From positions 1 through 64,000 of IMG/VR virus record IMGVR_UViG_3300023110_000023: DNA of 64,000 nucleotides; one strand, given 5' to 3'. The notes under the pieces were generated by a model, which was not told where the DNA came from, did not search any database, and worked only from the letters and a program-made list of their open reading frames with translations. The DNA comes from a virus. A program made the position numbers and the translations under genes. Below, piece by piece: positions 8,832-17,625 of this stretch; the first letter of the stretch is position 1; each line of letters starts with the position of its first letter.

Positions 8832-8980
8832 ATGGATGGATTTGGCGAGGCTGTTGCTATTTTGCTGACGAAGTGTTCCCACATGGATTTTGTCGCAAGT
8901 GCTGGATTGCACACGGAATGCCGAAGGCGATGAACATGATTCAATACCCCGAAGCACAGGAGATGATTGACAATGGCTGA
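8828..8980 (+). CDS. small Cys/His-rich protein (50 aa, not in ORF track)
   Basis: MNGWIWRGCCYFADEVFPHGFCRKCWIAHG...; ATGA overlap, GGTGA RBS. Confidence 0.5.
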   Translation: MNGWIWRGCCYFADEVFPHGFCRKCWIAHGMPKAMNMIQYPEAQEMIDNG

Positions 8981-10004
8981 CAGCGTGGACAAGGGGCAAT
9001 TCGTATCGTGGACAACCGAGAAGGGTCGCTATGTCGGTCAAGTGCTGTCCGTTATCACATCGGGGCGCGTTGCTGTGGTGTCGGCATCGGGCGGTCAAGA
9101 AACCATTGAAGCCAGCACCGAGAACGCGGTCGCGAATGTTCGCATCTATGTGAACAACGAAGACGGCACATTCAGCAGAAGCGACAGGAACGCCCCTGTG
9201 CGTGTCGCCATGCTTCGCATCATCTCCGAGCCCGAAACCAAAGCGGTGTCGGCTGGAGTGCGAAAGACGCTCAAGCAGAAGGCAGAAGACCATAACGAGA
9301 AGGTGAACAACGCATCATCCAAGAAAACCACTACACGCACCCTCGTAGCCGTGTTTGAACGCGGTGTGGGCGCGTATCAAACGAATCCTCAATCGGTGCG
9401 ACCAACCGTGTCCAGCGCGGAACAATGGGCATACGCAAGAGTGAACTCGTTCCTGTACGCGTTGAGGAATGGTCGCTTTCGTGGAGGCAAGCACGACACC
9501 GACCTGTTGCCCAAAGGTCATCCCCAATCCTCCAAGAGCGTGGATGACGAACCCGAACTTCCTGTGGAAGAATCGGTATTGGATTCAATAACCAAAGCAC
9601 CGAAGACCAATTTTCCGAAGCGCGGTGATGACAAAAAGGTGAGTCTGCGAAACTCGCAATACGACCAATTCCCGCTGGCCGAAGCCGAAAAACTGCGAAC
9701 TGAATGGCCGATGATTTGGAGGCGTGGAGGCAACATTCTCGGCAACACTCAATTTCAACGATTGAAGAAGGTTCACGAACAGATGGGCGAAGTCAAGACC
9801 CCAACAGATGAGAAGGCTGTGCGTCTGCGTGAGGCTTGGTCTGCTCGGCACTACAAAGACTTCCGACTCGCTGGAGTCGTGGCTCAAATCAAGTGGCTCA
9901 TGGTCGGCAGTCGTGGGCTGTCGTTCATGCGAAAAGTCATCTCCGATGAGAAGAAACGCCTTCGGGACAGGGAGAAGAACGGAGATTCTGACCAAAACCA
10001 TTGA
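8973..10004 (+). CDS. multi-domain head-associated protein with DUF5824-like domain
   Basis: VFERGVGAY...EQWAYARVNSF motif; lies between portal and protease. Confidence 0.6.
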   Translation: MADSVDKGQFVSWTTEKGRYVGQVLSVITSGRVAVVSASGGQETIEASTENAVANVRIYVNNEDGTFSRSDRNAPVRVAMLRIISEPETKAVSAGVRKTLKQKAEDHNEKVNNASSKKTTTRTLVAVFERGVGAYQTNPQSVRPTVSSAEQWAYARVNSFLYALRNGRFRGGKHDTDLLPKGHPQSSKSVDDEPELPVEESVLDSITKAPKTNFPKRGDDKKVSLRNSQYDQFPLAEAEKLRTEWPMIWRRGGNILGNTQFQRLKKVHEQMGEVKTPTDEKAVRLREAWSARHYKDFRLAGVVAQIKWLMVGSRGLSFMRKVISDEKKRLRDREKNGDSDQNH

Positions 10005-10030
10005 TATTCACCGAACCATTGATATAGGGG
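10001..10030 (+). promoter_or_regulatory. class-E tandem-box promoter
   Basis: TTGATATTcaccgaaccaTTGATATAGGGG; ATG at +30 (10049). Confidence 0.75.
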
Positions 10031-10048
10031 ATGCGACTACGACCAACC

Positions 10049-10270
10049 ATGCCCAACAAAGCATGGATTAGAGAAACCCCCGCCGATGTGATGAACCGAC
10101 TCGCTGGAGAAGCCCGTCTTCACCGCATTCGTCGCCAACAGGAGATTGCTGTTGAAACGCCCGAACCAACCACTCTCGCAGACACGATGATGTCCGTGAT
10201 GGAAGGCATGACCCCCGAAGAAGTCGTTTCACTTCTCCGAAAGGTCGTCAGCACCTTGAACCAAGAGTGA
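10049..10270 (+). CDS. small accessory protein (class-E cassette)
   Basis: Leaderless ATG 30 nt after promoter box. Confidence 0.65.
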   Translation: MPNKAWIRETPADVMNRLAGEARLHRIRRQQEIAVETPEPTTLADTMMSVMEGMTPEEVVSLLRKVVSTLNQE

Positions 10271-10310
10271 ACCGCTTTCGTCATAAACCCCTTCGCTCAA
10301 GGAGGGGGGC

Positions 10311-11852
10311 ATGGACAAGGTTCTCAACGCTCGCTACATTGAGTCCGAAGAGGACTTCGCCAGCAAGTCGGGCGAGGTCAAGGAATATCAAGTGGAGATT
10401 CGTGTGAACACTCCGTTCACGGTCATGAAGCAAGCCCATGACGAGCCAATGGACACGGGCGAATACGAGATGGCTGATGATGATGTCATGATTCGTGGTG
10501 CTGTGTATGTCGGCAACGAAGCCATGCTGGACAGGCATGGAGAACTCGTTGATATGGGTGCAATCATGAACGCATGGGACAAATATCGGCAGAACCCCGT
10601 CATCCTGTATAACCACTCCAAGACCAATGGTGTCATCGGTCGTATGGTTGATGTCAGCATGGAAAAAATGGATGGGATGGATGAAGAAGTCCCCTTCGGG
10701 CGAGCCATCATTGACGGTGGCGAGAAGGACATCGTGAGGAAGATTCGGAAGGGTCTTCTGCGAGCGTTTTCAATCGGTTTCATAGCCCGCGCGGCGGTTA
10801 AGGAGTGCAAGGATGAGGACTCATGTTATGTGCGATTCACCGAGATTGAGTGGCTTGAAACCAGCGTTGTTGATGTTCCAGCCAGCCCCAACGCTTTGTT
10901 CAGCGTGGAGAAGCACATCATTGGCTACGAAGACATGGGCGACCGAATCGCGATTCTGTTTGAGAAGCCAGCCAGCGAAGAAGCCCCAGCGGAATCGCCA
11001 GCACAGGAGAACTCCGTGATTGACTCCGATACGGAAGTGAAGGCTCACGATGGCTGTGGCTGTCAATCCGAAAAATCCGACTTGGAGGAAGAAGCGGAGG
11101 AAGTGGAGGAATCCGAAGAGATTTCACCTGTTGGAACATTTGACAGCGACTTGGTTGGCCGTTTAGAACTCTTGGAAGCCTATGTTGAAGCCCTTGAGAG
11201 CAAGGGTATTGAGCCCGATACGCTTAATACCCCTCTCGCTCAACCTGCTGGGCAACGAGGGAACGAAATGACCCAAGAAGAAATCATCGCATCCGAGAAG
11301 GAAGCAGAAGAAGTCGTTGTCAAGACGGAGGAAGAAGCCTCCGAAGAACCTGTGCTTGAAGAGGCTGTCAGCGAGGAAGTCGTTGAAGAAGTCGCAGAAG
11401 CAACCGAAGAAGAATCCTTTGAGGAAGAAGTCGTGGTCAAGGAGGCAGACGAGCCTTCCACCAACGACATTCTCATTGAAGTCGTCAAGACCCTCGCTGG
11501 AATTGACGCACGAATCGCTGGCTTGGAAGAGAAAATGGTCGTTGAAGACCTCTCCGATGAAGTCGCATCCCTCAAGGCTGAACTTGAAGCCAAAGACGCT
11601 GAACTTGCCGAGTTCAAGGCAAAGGCAGAAGAGATGGCTAAGGAAGCCGAGATTGAGGCAGAAGTCAGCAAGCGAATCGCAGAACGCATTGGCGATTCCC
11701 CAGCAGTCGTGAAGACCGCTGACCCCAAATCCCTTTCACCTGTGGTCAAGGAAGACATCACCCGCCATGACCCACAGCCAAATGTCAGCAAAGGCATGAA
11801 CGGCCTTGCTGTGTGGCTGGAACAGCAATTGATTAGCAAGAGGGGTGCATAA
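10311..11852 (+). CDS. prohead protease (HK97/S78-like) fused to acidic coiled-coil scaffold
   Basis: LDRHGE, PVILYNH, AFSIGF, ETSVVDVPASPNA; Glu-rich coiled-coil C-terminal half. Confidence 0.9.
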   Translation: MDKVLNARYIESEEDFASKSGEVKEYQVEIRVNTPFTVMKQAHDEPMDTGEYEMADDDVMIRGAVYVGNEAMLDRHGELVDMGAIMNAWDKYRQNPVILYNHSKTNGVIGRMVDVSMEKMDGMDEEVPFGRAIIDGGEKDIVRKIRKGLLRAFSIGFIARAAVKECKDEDSCYVRFTEIEWLETSVVDVPASPNALFSVEKHIIGYEDMGDRIAILFEKPASEEAPAESPAQENSVIDSDTEVKAHDGCGCQSEKSDLEEEAEEVEESEEISPVGTFDSDLVGRLELLEAYVEALESKGIEPDTLNTPLAQPAGQRGNEMTQEEIIASEKEAEEVVVKTEEEASEEPVLEEAVSEEVVEEVAEATEEESFEEEVVVKEADEPSTNDILIEVVKTLAGIDARIAGLEEKMVVEDLSDEVASLKAELEAKDAELAEFKAKAEEMAKEAEIEAEVSKRIAERIGDSPAVVKTADPKSLSPVVKEDITRHDPQPNVSKGMNGLAVWLEQQLISKRGA

Positions 11853-11900
11853 TCACAGTCCACCGATGATTCGGAAGACAAAACAAGGAAGTGAAGAAAA

Positions 11901-12950
11901 ATGGATAACTTTGAGTTCAACGAAGTCGTAGCAAGAGTGAAGGATGCTCTCGGTGGTGCAGGTTCATCAACGGGTTCAACCTTCTTCCCAACAGAAACCA
12001 GCGATGAAATCATCCAAATCGTGTATGAGCAGAACTTCATGCGAAGTCTGTTCCCAGCGATGCCGATGTCCACTCGCACCGTGAATGTCCCAAAACTGTC
12101 GGGAAGCGTGAACTTCCACGCTCACACCCTTTCGGCTGTTGAGTCGGGAACGGAAGCAACCGAGTCCCGCCAAGCAACGACTGAAATCACCCTCACCTTG
12201 AAGACGATGATTGCGAATGTCCCAATCGGGAACTACCTCATCGCGTACGGTGTGGAAGGTCTTCTCACCGTTCTCCGTGATGACATCGCCTCTCGCCTCG
12301 CATACAACGAAGCGAACTTGATGATTAACGGGGACACCGAAACGGGTTCGTCATACGCTGACAACATCATGGGTGCTTACAACGCATCCACCAACCCAAC
12401 AGGCGTGAACGCAACCAACAACGACTACCTGCTTGAGATGGATGGCCTTCGCAAGTCGGCCTCCGCCACCGCAGTCAGCGTCAGCGGAACTTTCGCCCTG
12501 TCCCACCTTCGTCAAGCCATCGCCACTCTCGGAGTGTATGCTGACAACCGTGATGACCTTGCCCTCATCGTTCCTCGCAACCTTGAGGTTCAATTGCTCG
12601 GCATCACCGAATTGCAGACGGTGGACAAATACGGTGCTGGTGCAACCATCCTGTCGGGTGAGATTGGCCGAATCTACGGTGTCCGTGTCTTCGGAACGGG
12701 TGTCATCCCAACGAACTTGAACTACGCTGGTGTGTATGACGGTTCAACGACCACGCAGACCCAAGCCATCTTGACCCACATTCGTTCCCCACTCATCGGC
12801 AACCCAACGCAAGCGGAACGCCGATTCAGCATGGGCTTTGAAGACGAGCCTCAACGCGACCGATTCGTGTTGATTCCTCGCCAAGACATCGCCTTCGGAA
12901 TCCGATACAGCGACGCAATCTGCCTCTTGAACGGAATTGACACCGTTTGA
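11901..12950 (+). CDS. major capsid protein (HK97 fold)
   Basis: Follows protease/scaffold; FFPTETSDEII, VNVPK, MINGDT, GRIYGVRV patterns; 349 aa. Confidence 0.9.
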   Translation: MDNFEFNEVVARVKDALGGAGSSTGSTFFPTETSDEIIQIVYEQNFMRSLFPAMPMSTRTVNVPKLSGSVNFHAHTLSAVESGTEATESRQATTEITLTLKTMIANVPIGNYLIAYGVEGLLTVLRDDIASRLAYNEANLMINGDTETGSSYADNIMGAYNASTNPTGVNATNNDYLLEMDGLRKSASATAVSVSGTFALSHLRQAIATLGVYADNRDDLALIVPRNLEVQLLGITELQTVDKYGAGATILSGEIGRIYGVRVFGTGVIPTNLNYAGVYDGSTTTQTQAILTHIRSPLIGNPTQAERRFSMGFEDEPQRDRFVLIPRQDIAFGIRYSDAICLLNGIDTV

Positions 12951-13064
12951 GGCTGAACGCTGACCGCTGATGCGAACACAGGCAAGTGCCGTGAGGCTTT
13001 GAGGGCTTGACCCTCACACACCCTCTCGGAATGGCTGATAAACCGCTTCGGGAATGTTCATCTC

Positions 13065-13721
13065 ATGACGGCAGAAGACTATTGCACAGTCGCAGAAGTC
13101 CGAAACTACATCGGGATTGCATCGGGCGATTCCTTTGGTGCAGATGACACGGCAATTGAAGGGTTCATCACCAACGCCTCTCGCATCGTGGATGCGTATG
13201 CCCTCCGACAATTTGCTTCAACGGAGAGTGTGGTTGAGTGGTTTGATGTGTCATACGGCCTCCAACACTTGACTTTATCCAAAAGACCTGTCGCTTCCTT
13301 GACATCTGTGGAAGAGGCTGATGGCGAAGGGTCGCTCACCGCACTCACCATTGGGCGAGCAAGAGGAACTGACCATGCGTATTTGGAAGACGGTGATGCT
13401 GGAATCGTGTCGTTCCACTATCCGTTCACAGAAACGCTGAAACAACGAGTCAAAATCACATACACCACAGGAGTCGTATTGGGGTCAATACCCGCAGAAG
13501 TCAAAATGGCGACCGTCATGATGGCTGGTCGTTCAGCAATCCGAAGTGCATTGACTGACGAAAACTGTCCCGACAGGCTCAAGGAGATGTGGATTCCTTT
13601 GCTCAAGTCCACCGATTCGGAAGTCAAGGAGATGCTGGAACTCGTCAAGCGTCATCGCAGTCTTGATGTCGCTGTGTTCGGAACGCACATCACGGATGGT
13701 GTGGTTTGGAGAACGGGGTGA
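13065..13721 (+). CDS. head-tail connector (gp6/gp15-like)
   Basis: YCTVAEVRNYIG, IPAEVKMA; position after MCP. Confidence 0.75.
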   Translation: MTAEDYCTVAEVRNYIGIASGDSFGADDTAIEGFITNASRIVDAYALRQFASTESVVEWFDVSYGLQHLTLSKRPVASLTSVEEADGEGSLTALTIGRARGTDHAYLEDGDAGIVSFHYPFTETLKQRVKITYTTGVVLGSIPAEVKMATVMMAGRSAIRSALTDENCPDRLKEMWIPLLKSTDSEVKEMLELVKRHRSLDVAVFGTHITDGVVWRTG

Positions 13722-13725
13722 TTGA

Positions 13726-14217
13726 GTGGCGAAGACCGACAGGGGCGTTCCCGACAAAGACCCTCACACGATGCTCAAGGATTTTATTGAAGCCAATATG
13801 GATTCACCCGATGGCTCTTGGACTCCAGCGGTCAATTCGGGTTGGCTCAAGGCCAAGAAGCAGAAGACATTCCAAATCGCGATTCAGCACATCTATGGCG
13901 AATCGGAGATGGCTCACTTTGGGCTCGGAACGCAGGTCGCCATGACCTCACGGCAGTTCCTCCAAATCACCCTATTCGCACCGACCCGCACAGGCGTGTG
14001 GAGTCTGTTCCAAAAACTCAAACTCGCTCTCAACAACGGAACGCTGGCGTACGCGCCCGATGGGATTGACGACTATCACTACATCATCATCCGAAGGACT
14101 GAACTCTCCAAACCCATGACCATCTCCGAGCCCGACTGCGACTTCGGTGGGAATAACGATGACAATTGCATCGGCTATCGCATTGATGTGTCCGTTGAGG
14201 TTCGCTGGGAAGAGTGA
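13726..14217 (+). CDS. putative tail terminator / head-tail completion protein
   Basis: Size, QITLFAPT motif, synteny; GGTGA RBS. Confidence 0.55.
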   Translation: MAKTDRGVPDKDPHTMLKDFIEANMDSPDGSWTPAVNSGWLKAKKQKTFQIAIQHIYGESEMAHFGLGTQVAMTSRQFLQITLFAPTRTGVWSLFQKLKLALNNGTLAYAPDGIDDYHYIIIRRTELSKPMTISEPDCDFGGNNDDNCIGYRIDVSVEVRWEE

Positions 14218-14304
14218 TGCTGGGAACGCTGTGAGCCAACGCATAGAGCCCCGTAGCCACCCAAAACCAAACGACCACGCTGATGTGGGGTGGATTCCGA
14301 AACC

Positions 14305-14348
14305 CCTTGCTCATCATGTTGATATTGCGAAGCATTGATATACCCCCT
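14305..14348 (+). repeat. 44-bp exact direct repeat copy 1 (contains class-E promoter)
   Basis: CCTTGCTCATCATGTTGATATTGCGAAGCATTGATATACCCCCT identical to 14718-14761. Confidence 0.95.
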
Positions 14349-14364
14349 TCACTTCCCAATCATC

Positions 14365-14715
14365 ATGGCCGACCAATGCCCTATCAAGTGGTTCAATGCT
14401 GACGAGATGGTGGATGCAATCGCGTTCCCCGAAAACGAACAGCGTTCAATGACGATTCAAGAAGTCAAGGAGATGGCTTGGTCGGACATCATGGAACAGG
14501 TTGAGTTTGAGTGTGATATTGAAGTCAATGGCTCGTTCATCACCGATAAGTTCGGAGTTCAGTCGTTCATCGTTTCAAAGTTCAAAGACGGCATCTATGG
14601 CGAGGCAGTCATGTGCGTTGTTGGTTCTTACGATGTGGCTAAGGTTGTAGCCGACCGCCACGAAGGTGCTGGTGTAGTCCAATACGCAAGCAACGGCTTC
14701 GTCATCGTGTGCTGA
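14365..14715 (+). CDS. accessory hypothetical protein between the 44-bp repeats
   Basis: ATG 30 nt after box at 14335. Confidence 0.7.
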   Translation: MADQCPIKWFNADEMVDAIAFPENEQRSMTIQEVKEMAWSDIMEQVEFECDIEVNGSFITDKFGVQSFIVSKFKDGIYGEAVMCVVGSYDVAKVVADRHEGAGVVQYASNGFVIVC

Positions 14716-14717
14716 TT

Positions 14718-14761
14718 CCTTGCTCATCATGTTGATATTGCGAAGCATTGATATACCCCCT
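14718..14761 (+). repeat. 44-bp exact direct repeat copy 2 (contains class-E promoter)
   Basis: Identical to 14305-14348. Confidence 0.95.
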
Positions 14762-14777
14762 ATGCGTAGCACTCACC

Positions 14778-15449
14778 ATGACCCGACACACTCACATCGT
14801 TGAGTTCACGACCCCGATGACCGAGCGCGAACTGAAAGTCGCTATCGGCAAGGCCGTTTCCTTTGTCCAAGAAGAATCCAACACCATCGGGCGACAGGTT
14901 GCCGAAGCAGATGCGTTCCGCTGGGTCAAGCACCCATTCACCAACATCACATACGAGGACAAGCAAGTGGACAAGCCCACCAGCCTCCCCTTTTACACCA
15001 CGCACGACTTTCAGTTCCGCATGGTTGATGGAAAAATCCAGCAATACGCAGTTATCCACCTATCCATACAAGTCGGTGGACAGGTCAAGGGCGATTCAAT
15101 GACTCTTGACGAGATGCCCGAAGACTTGACAATTGAAGGCATCAAGTTCGGCAAGACCCGAAGCCGTCAAGGAACGGTTTGGATGGACTTCACGGGCGAT
15201 TCTCACGCCTTCGTCTTCTTCGTTGCCTTGAAGGACTGCATGACCTTTGAAACGCCCGATGAACTTCGTGAGGCTTATGTCGGCTACGGGCGACAACCCA
15301 CAGACTTCCAACGCATTGACTCGGCAAGGGGATTCGCACACGGGATTCAGCGAGTCAAGGAAGCAAACGGCATCACAGCCGTTTCGGATGAGAACACCAT
15401 CAAGGCCATCACGCTTCTCTATGAAGACCGCAAGGACAGGCAGGGTTGA
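14778..15449 (+). CDS. accessory hypothetical protein (class-E cassette)
   Basis: ATG 30 nt after box at 14748. Confidence 0.7.
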   Translation: MTRHTHIVEFTTPMTERELKVAIGKAVSFVQEESNTIGRQVAEADAFRWVKHPFTNITYEDKQVDKPTSLPFYTTHDFQFRMVDGKIQQYAVIHLSIQVGGQVKGDSMTLDEMPEDLTIEGIKFGKTRSRQGTVWMDFTGDSHAFVFFVALKDCMTFETPDELREAYVGYGRQPTDFQRIDSARGFAHGIQRVKEANGITAVSDENTIKAITLLYEDRKDRQG

Positions 15450-15450
15450 T

Positions 15451-15942
15451 TCACTCTTCCTCATCGGGATTGAGCCGACCGAACTTCCGCTGGATGCGTT
15501 TGCGTTGGCGACCTTCCGCCTTGCGTCTGCGAGTGTTGTCCTTGCGAGCCGATTCGTTGGGCAATCGGGTGTTGTAGTCATCGCCCTGTTCCTCAAACCG
15601 CTTGCGTTCACGGGCGCGATGACAATTGGAACACACGGGTTCGCACTTCTTGATTTCAGCGAGGACTCGCTTCCACGCGATTCCATCGGAGAGCATTCGT
15701 GAGATGGTTCGTTCCTTCGTATCGCGGTCAATATGGTCAAACTCCATCGCCCACACATTCCTGTGGCCTTCAAATCCACAGTCGGTGCAGACGAGTTCCT
15801 TTTTGTATTCCTCATATTGACGCTTGATTCTCTCTCGCCTTCGCTTCGCCTTCTCAAGATACATCTGCCTGTTGCTTGCGTAGTGCTGTGGGTTGTATCG
15901 CTTTTGATACGCCTTCCGCTTCGCAGGGTCTTTGTAAGGCAT
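15451..15942 (-). CDS. HNH endonuclease
   Basis: CTDCG...EFDHID...KCEPVCSNCHR; ATG 31 nt after TTCAATAACC box on minus strand. Confidence 0.85.
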   Translation of the reverse strand: MPYKDPAKRKAYQKRYNPQHYASNRQMYLEKAKRRRERIKRQYEEYKKELVCTDCGFEGHRNVWAMEFDHIDRDTKERTISRMLSDGIAWKRVLAEIKKCEPVCSNCHRARERKRFEEQGDDYNTRLPNESARKDNTRRRKAEGRQRKRIQRKFGRLNPDEEE

Positions 15943-15974
15943 TGAACCGCAATAGCGGTTCGCGGTTATTGAAT

Positions 15975-16098
15975 GAAAGGGTGGAGAGCAGGGGGTAGAA
16001 AGGGCATACCGACCCACCAGCGAGCCCCTGCCCTCCGTCATCACCGATGTGAGAGCCGAAACACAAGGAGGTGGTGATGAGAGGTGATTCCCGCTGGC
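15975..16098 (-). ncRNA. putative pseudoknotted small RNA upstream of HNH gene
   Basis: Begins exactly 30 nt after TTTAATAAGGTGGG box; 9-bp and 12-bp interleaved stems whose G-U pairs work only on the minus strand; 8-bp hairpin insert. Confidence 0.65.
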
Positions 16099-16150
16099 GA
16101 ATTGAAGACCAACCCCCACCTTATTAAACCAAGTGCGTGGTGGAAATTGC

Positions 16151-16558
16151 ATGAGCGACCTCATGGAACTCACCAAGAAGCAATTGATTGCCCTGTGCGA
16201 AGAAGCAGGGTTGGACACGGATGGAACGAAGGCTGACCTCGTTGCTCGTTTGGAAGCACCCGCAGAATCACCCGCAGAAGCCCCTGTGGAAGCCGTTGTT
16301 GAGGAAGTGGTGGAAGAACCCACCCCAGCCCCAACAAAGCCCAAGAAAGCCACGCAGAAGGGCTCTATGCCCGATGTGGAAGACGAGAGCCTCTCCAGCG
16401 AGGATTTTGTCAAGCAAGCATACCTCGCTATCCTCAAGCGTGAGGCTGACCCAAGTGGCCTCAAGCACTACACACGGGCATTGGATTTGCACCGAACCTT
16501 GACTCGCCAGCAGGTCTTGGACAAACTCTCCGATTCGGAAGAAGCCAAGTCCCTGTGA
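16151..16558 (+). CDS. SAP-domain + DUF4214-like protein
   Basis: LTKKQLIALCEEAGLDTDGTKADLVARL (SAP); FVKQAYLAILKREADPSGLKHY (DUF4214-like). Confidence 0.75.
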   Translation: MSDLMELTKKQLIALCEEAGLDTDGTKADLVARLEAPAESPAEAPVEAVVEEVVEEPTPAPTKPKKATQKGSMPDVEDESLSSEDFVKQAYLAILKREADPSGLKHYTRALDLHRTLTRQQVLDKLSDSEEAKSL

Positions 16559-16621
16559 TTTGAGCGATTAAGACATTGATACGACAAAGGTTTGATATAC
16601 CAGCATCGGCTGGTTCATATC

Positions 16622-16843
16622 ATGTCGGACAACCGAACACCGAAGAAGGGACACACCGAATGGGGAACAGGTCTTGGGCGAATCCACCTCGTTCATTCCA
16701 TGACAGGTCGCTGTATGGGATGCAAGAAGAAAGTCGCCAAGTGGGTCGGCCAGCAAGACATGACTGTTCAAGAAGTCAAGGAAACCGACTTCGGCCTTTG
16801 TTCCTTCGTGAGCGACTTTTGGCTTGACCAATTGACGAACTGA
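16622..16843 (+). CDS. small Cys/His accessory protein (class-E cassette)
   Basis: Boxes at 16576/16592; ATG at +30. Confidence 0.6.
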   Translation: MSDNRTPKKGHTEWGTGLGRIHLVHSMTGRCMGCKKKVAKWVGQQDMTVQEVKETDFGLCSFVSDFWLDQLTN

Positions 16844-16871
16844 AATAAACCCCACAGACCCATCGTGAAGC

Positions 16872-17300
16872 ATGGGTCGCAATTGGGGCGCGTCGGCACT
16901 CGCTCGGTCGGGCAGAACGATTCCATCGTGGAGTCCTCGCCCTCTCGCGTACGATGAAGACTATTTTTGGCTCACGCTACGCTGGGGTCAATGGGCTGGT
17001 GATGGTGCGACCATATCGGGAACAGTCGCTCTCGTATCGGGCGAGAGCATGGGTGAAATCGCCCCTGCCTTGCTTCCTTATCCGTTTGCTGGATGGGGCT
17101 ACAACACGGATTCGGCCATCGGATTCGGCACACGAACCGAACCCTATGTCGTGCCTGTCCTGTCGCAATCGGGGACTTTCCTGTTCCACGATTCCACCTT
17201 CTTGGACAGATGTTGGCTATCGGTTTCGGGGACTCTCCAGCGTGAACTTGACGAGCGTGAGAAGCGAACTTTTCGCCCAAACTTCGTCAAGCAGTCGTGA
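16872..17300 (+). CDS. hypothetical protein (late class)
   Basis: ATG 30 nt after GAAATAAACC box. Confidence 0.6.
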   Translation: MGRNWGASALARSGRTIPSWSPRPLAYDEDYFWLTLRWGQWAGDGATISGTVALVSGESMGEIAPALLPYPFAGWGYNTDSAIGFGTRTEPYVVPVLSQSGTFLFHDSTFLDRCWLSVSGTLQRELDEREKRTFRPNFVKQS

Positions 17301-17394
17301 TATTGACTCCGATAACAGCCTCGCTGTCCAAACCCAATCTCAAAACCATTGATATTCCGAAGGTATTATAGGGGGCAACCTGTTGGCTCACATC

Positions 17395-17586
17395 ATGCAG
17401 AAGCAACACTTCGTCAAAGTCCGAGAAGACGGCCAGCGATTCGTGGTCTATTGGTTCATCGTTGAGCCAACGCGAGCATACGGGGGCGACATCATCGGAA
17501 TCCAGCAAAGCCGATGCAACGCTATGGAGGTCGCATACAGCGTAGCCCAGCGACACGGCACTACGGTCGTCATGCACCAAGCGTGA
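17395..17586 (+). CDS. small accessory protein (class-E cassette)
   Basis: TTGATATTCCGAAGGTATTATAGGGG at 17349; ATG at +30 of second box. Confidence 0.6.
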   Translation: MQKQHFVKVREDGQRFVVYWFIVEPTRAYGGDIIGIQQSRCNAMEVAYSVAQRHGTTVVMHQA

Positions 17587-17625
17587 ACCAATTCCGTTAA
17601 GAACCGCATTGACCAACCAATCGGT

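Noticed and set aside
15975-16098. HDV-like ribozyme
   Set aside because: Nested pseudoknot lacks the P3/L3 element between P2 and P1 and the catalytic J4/2 pattern
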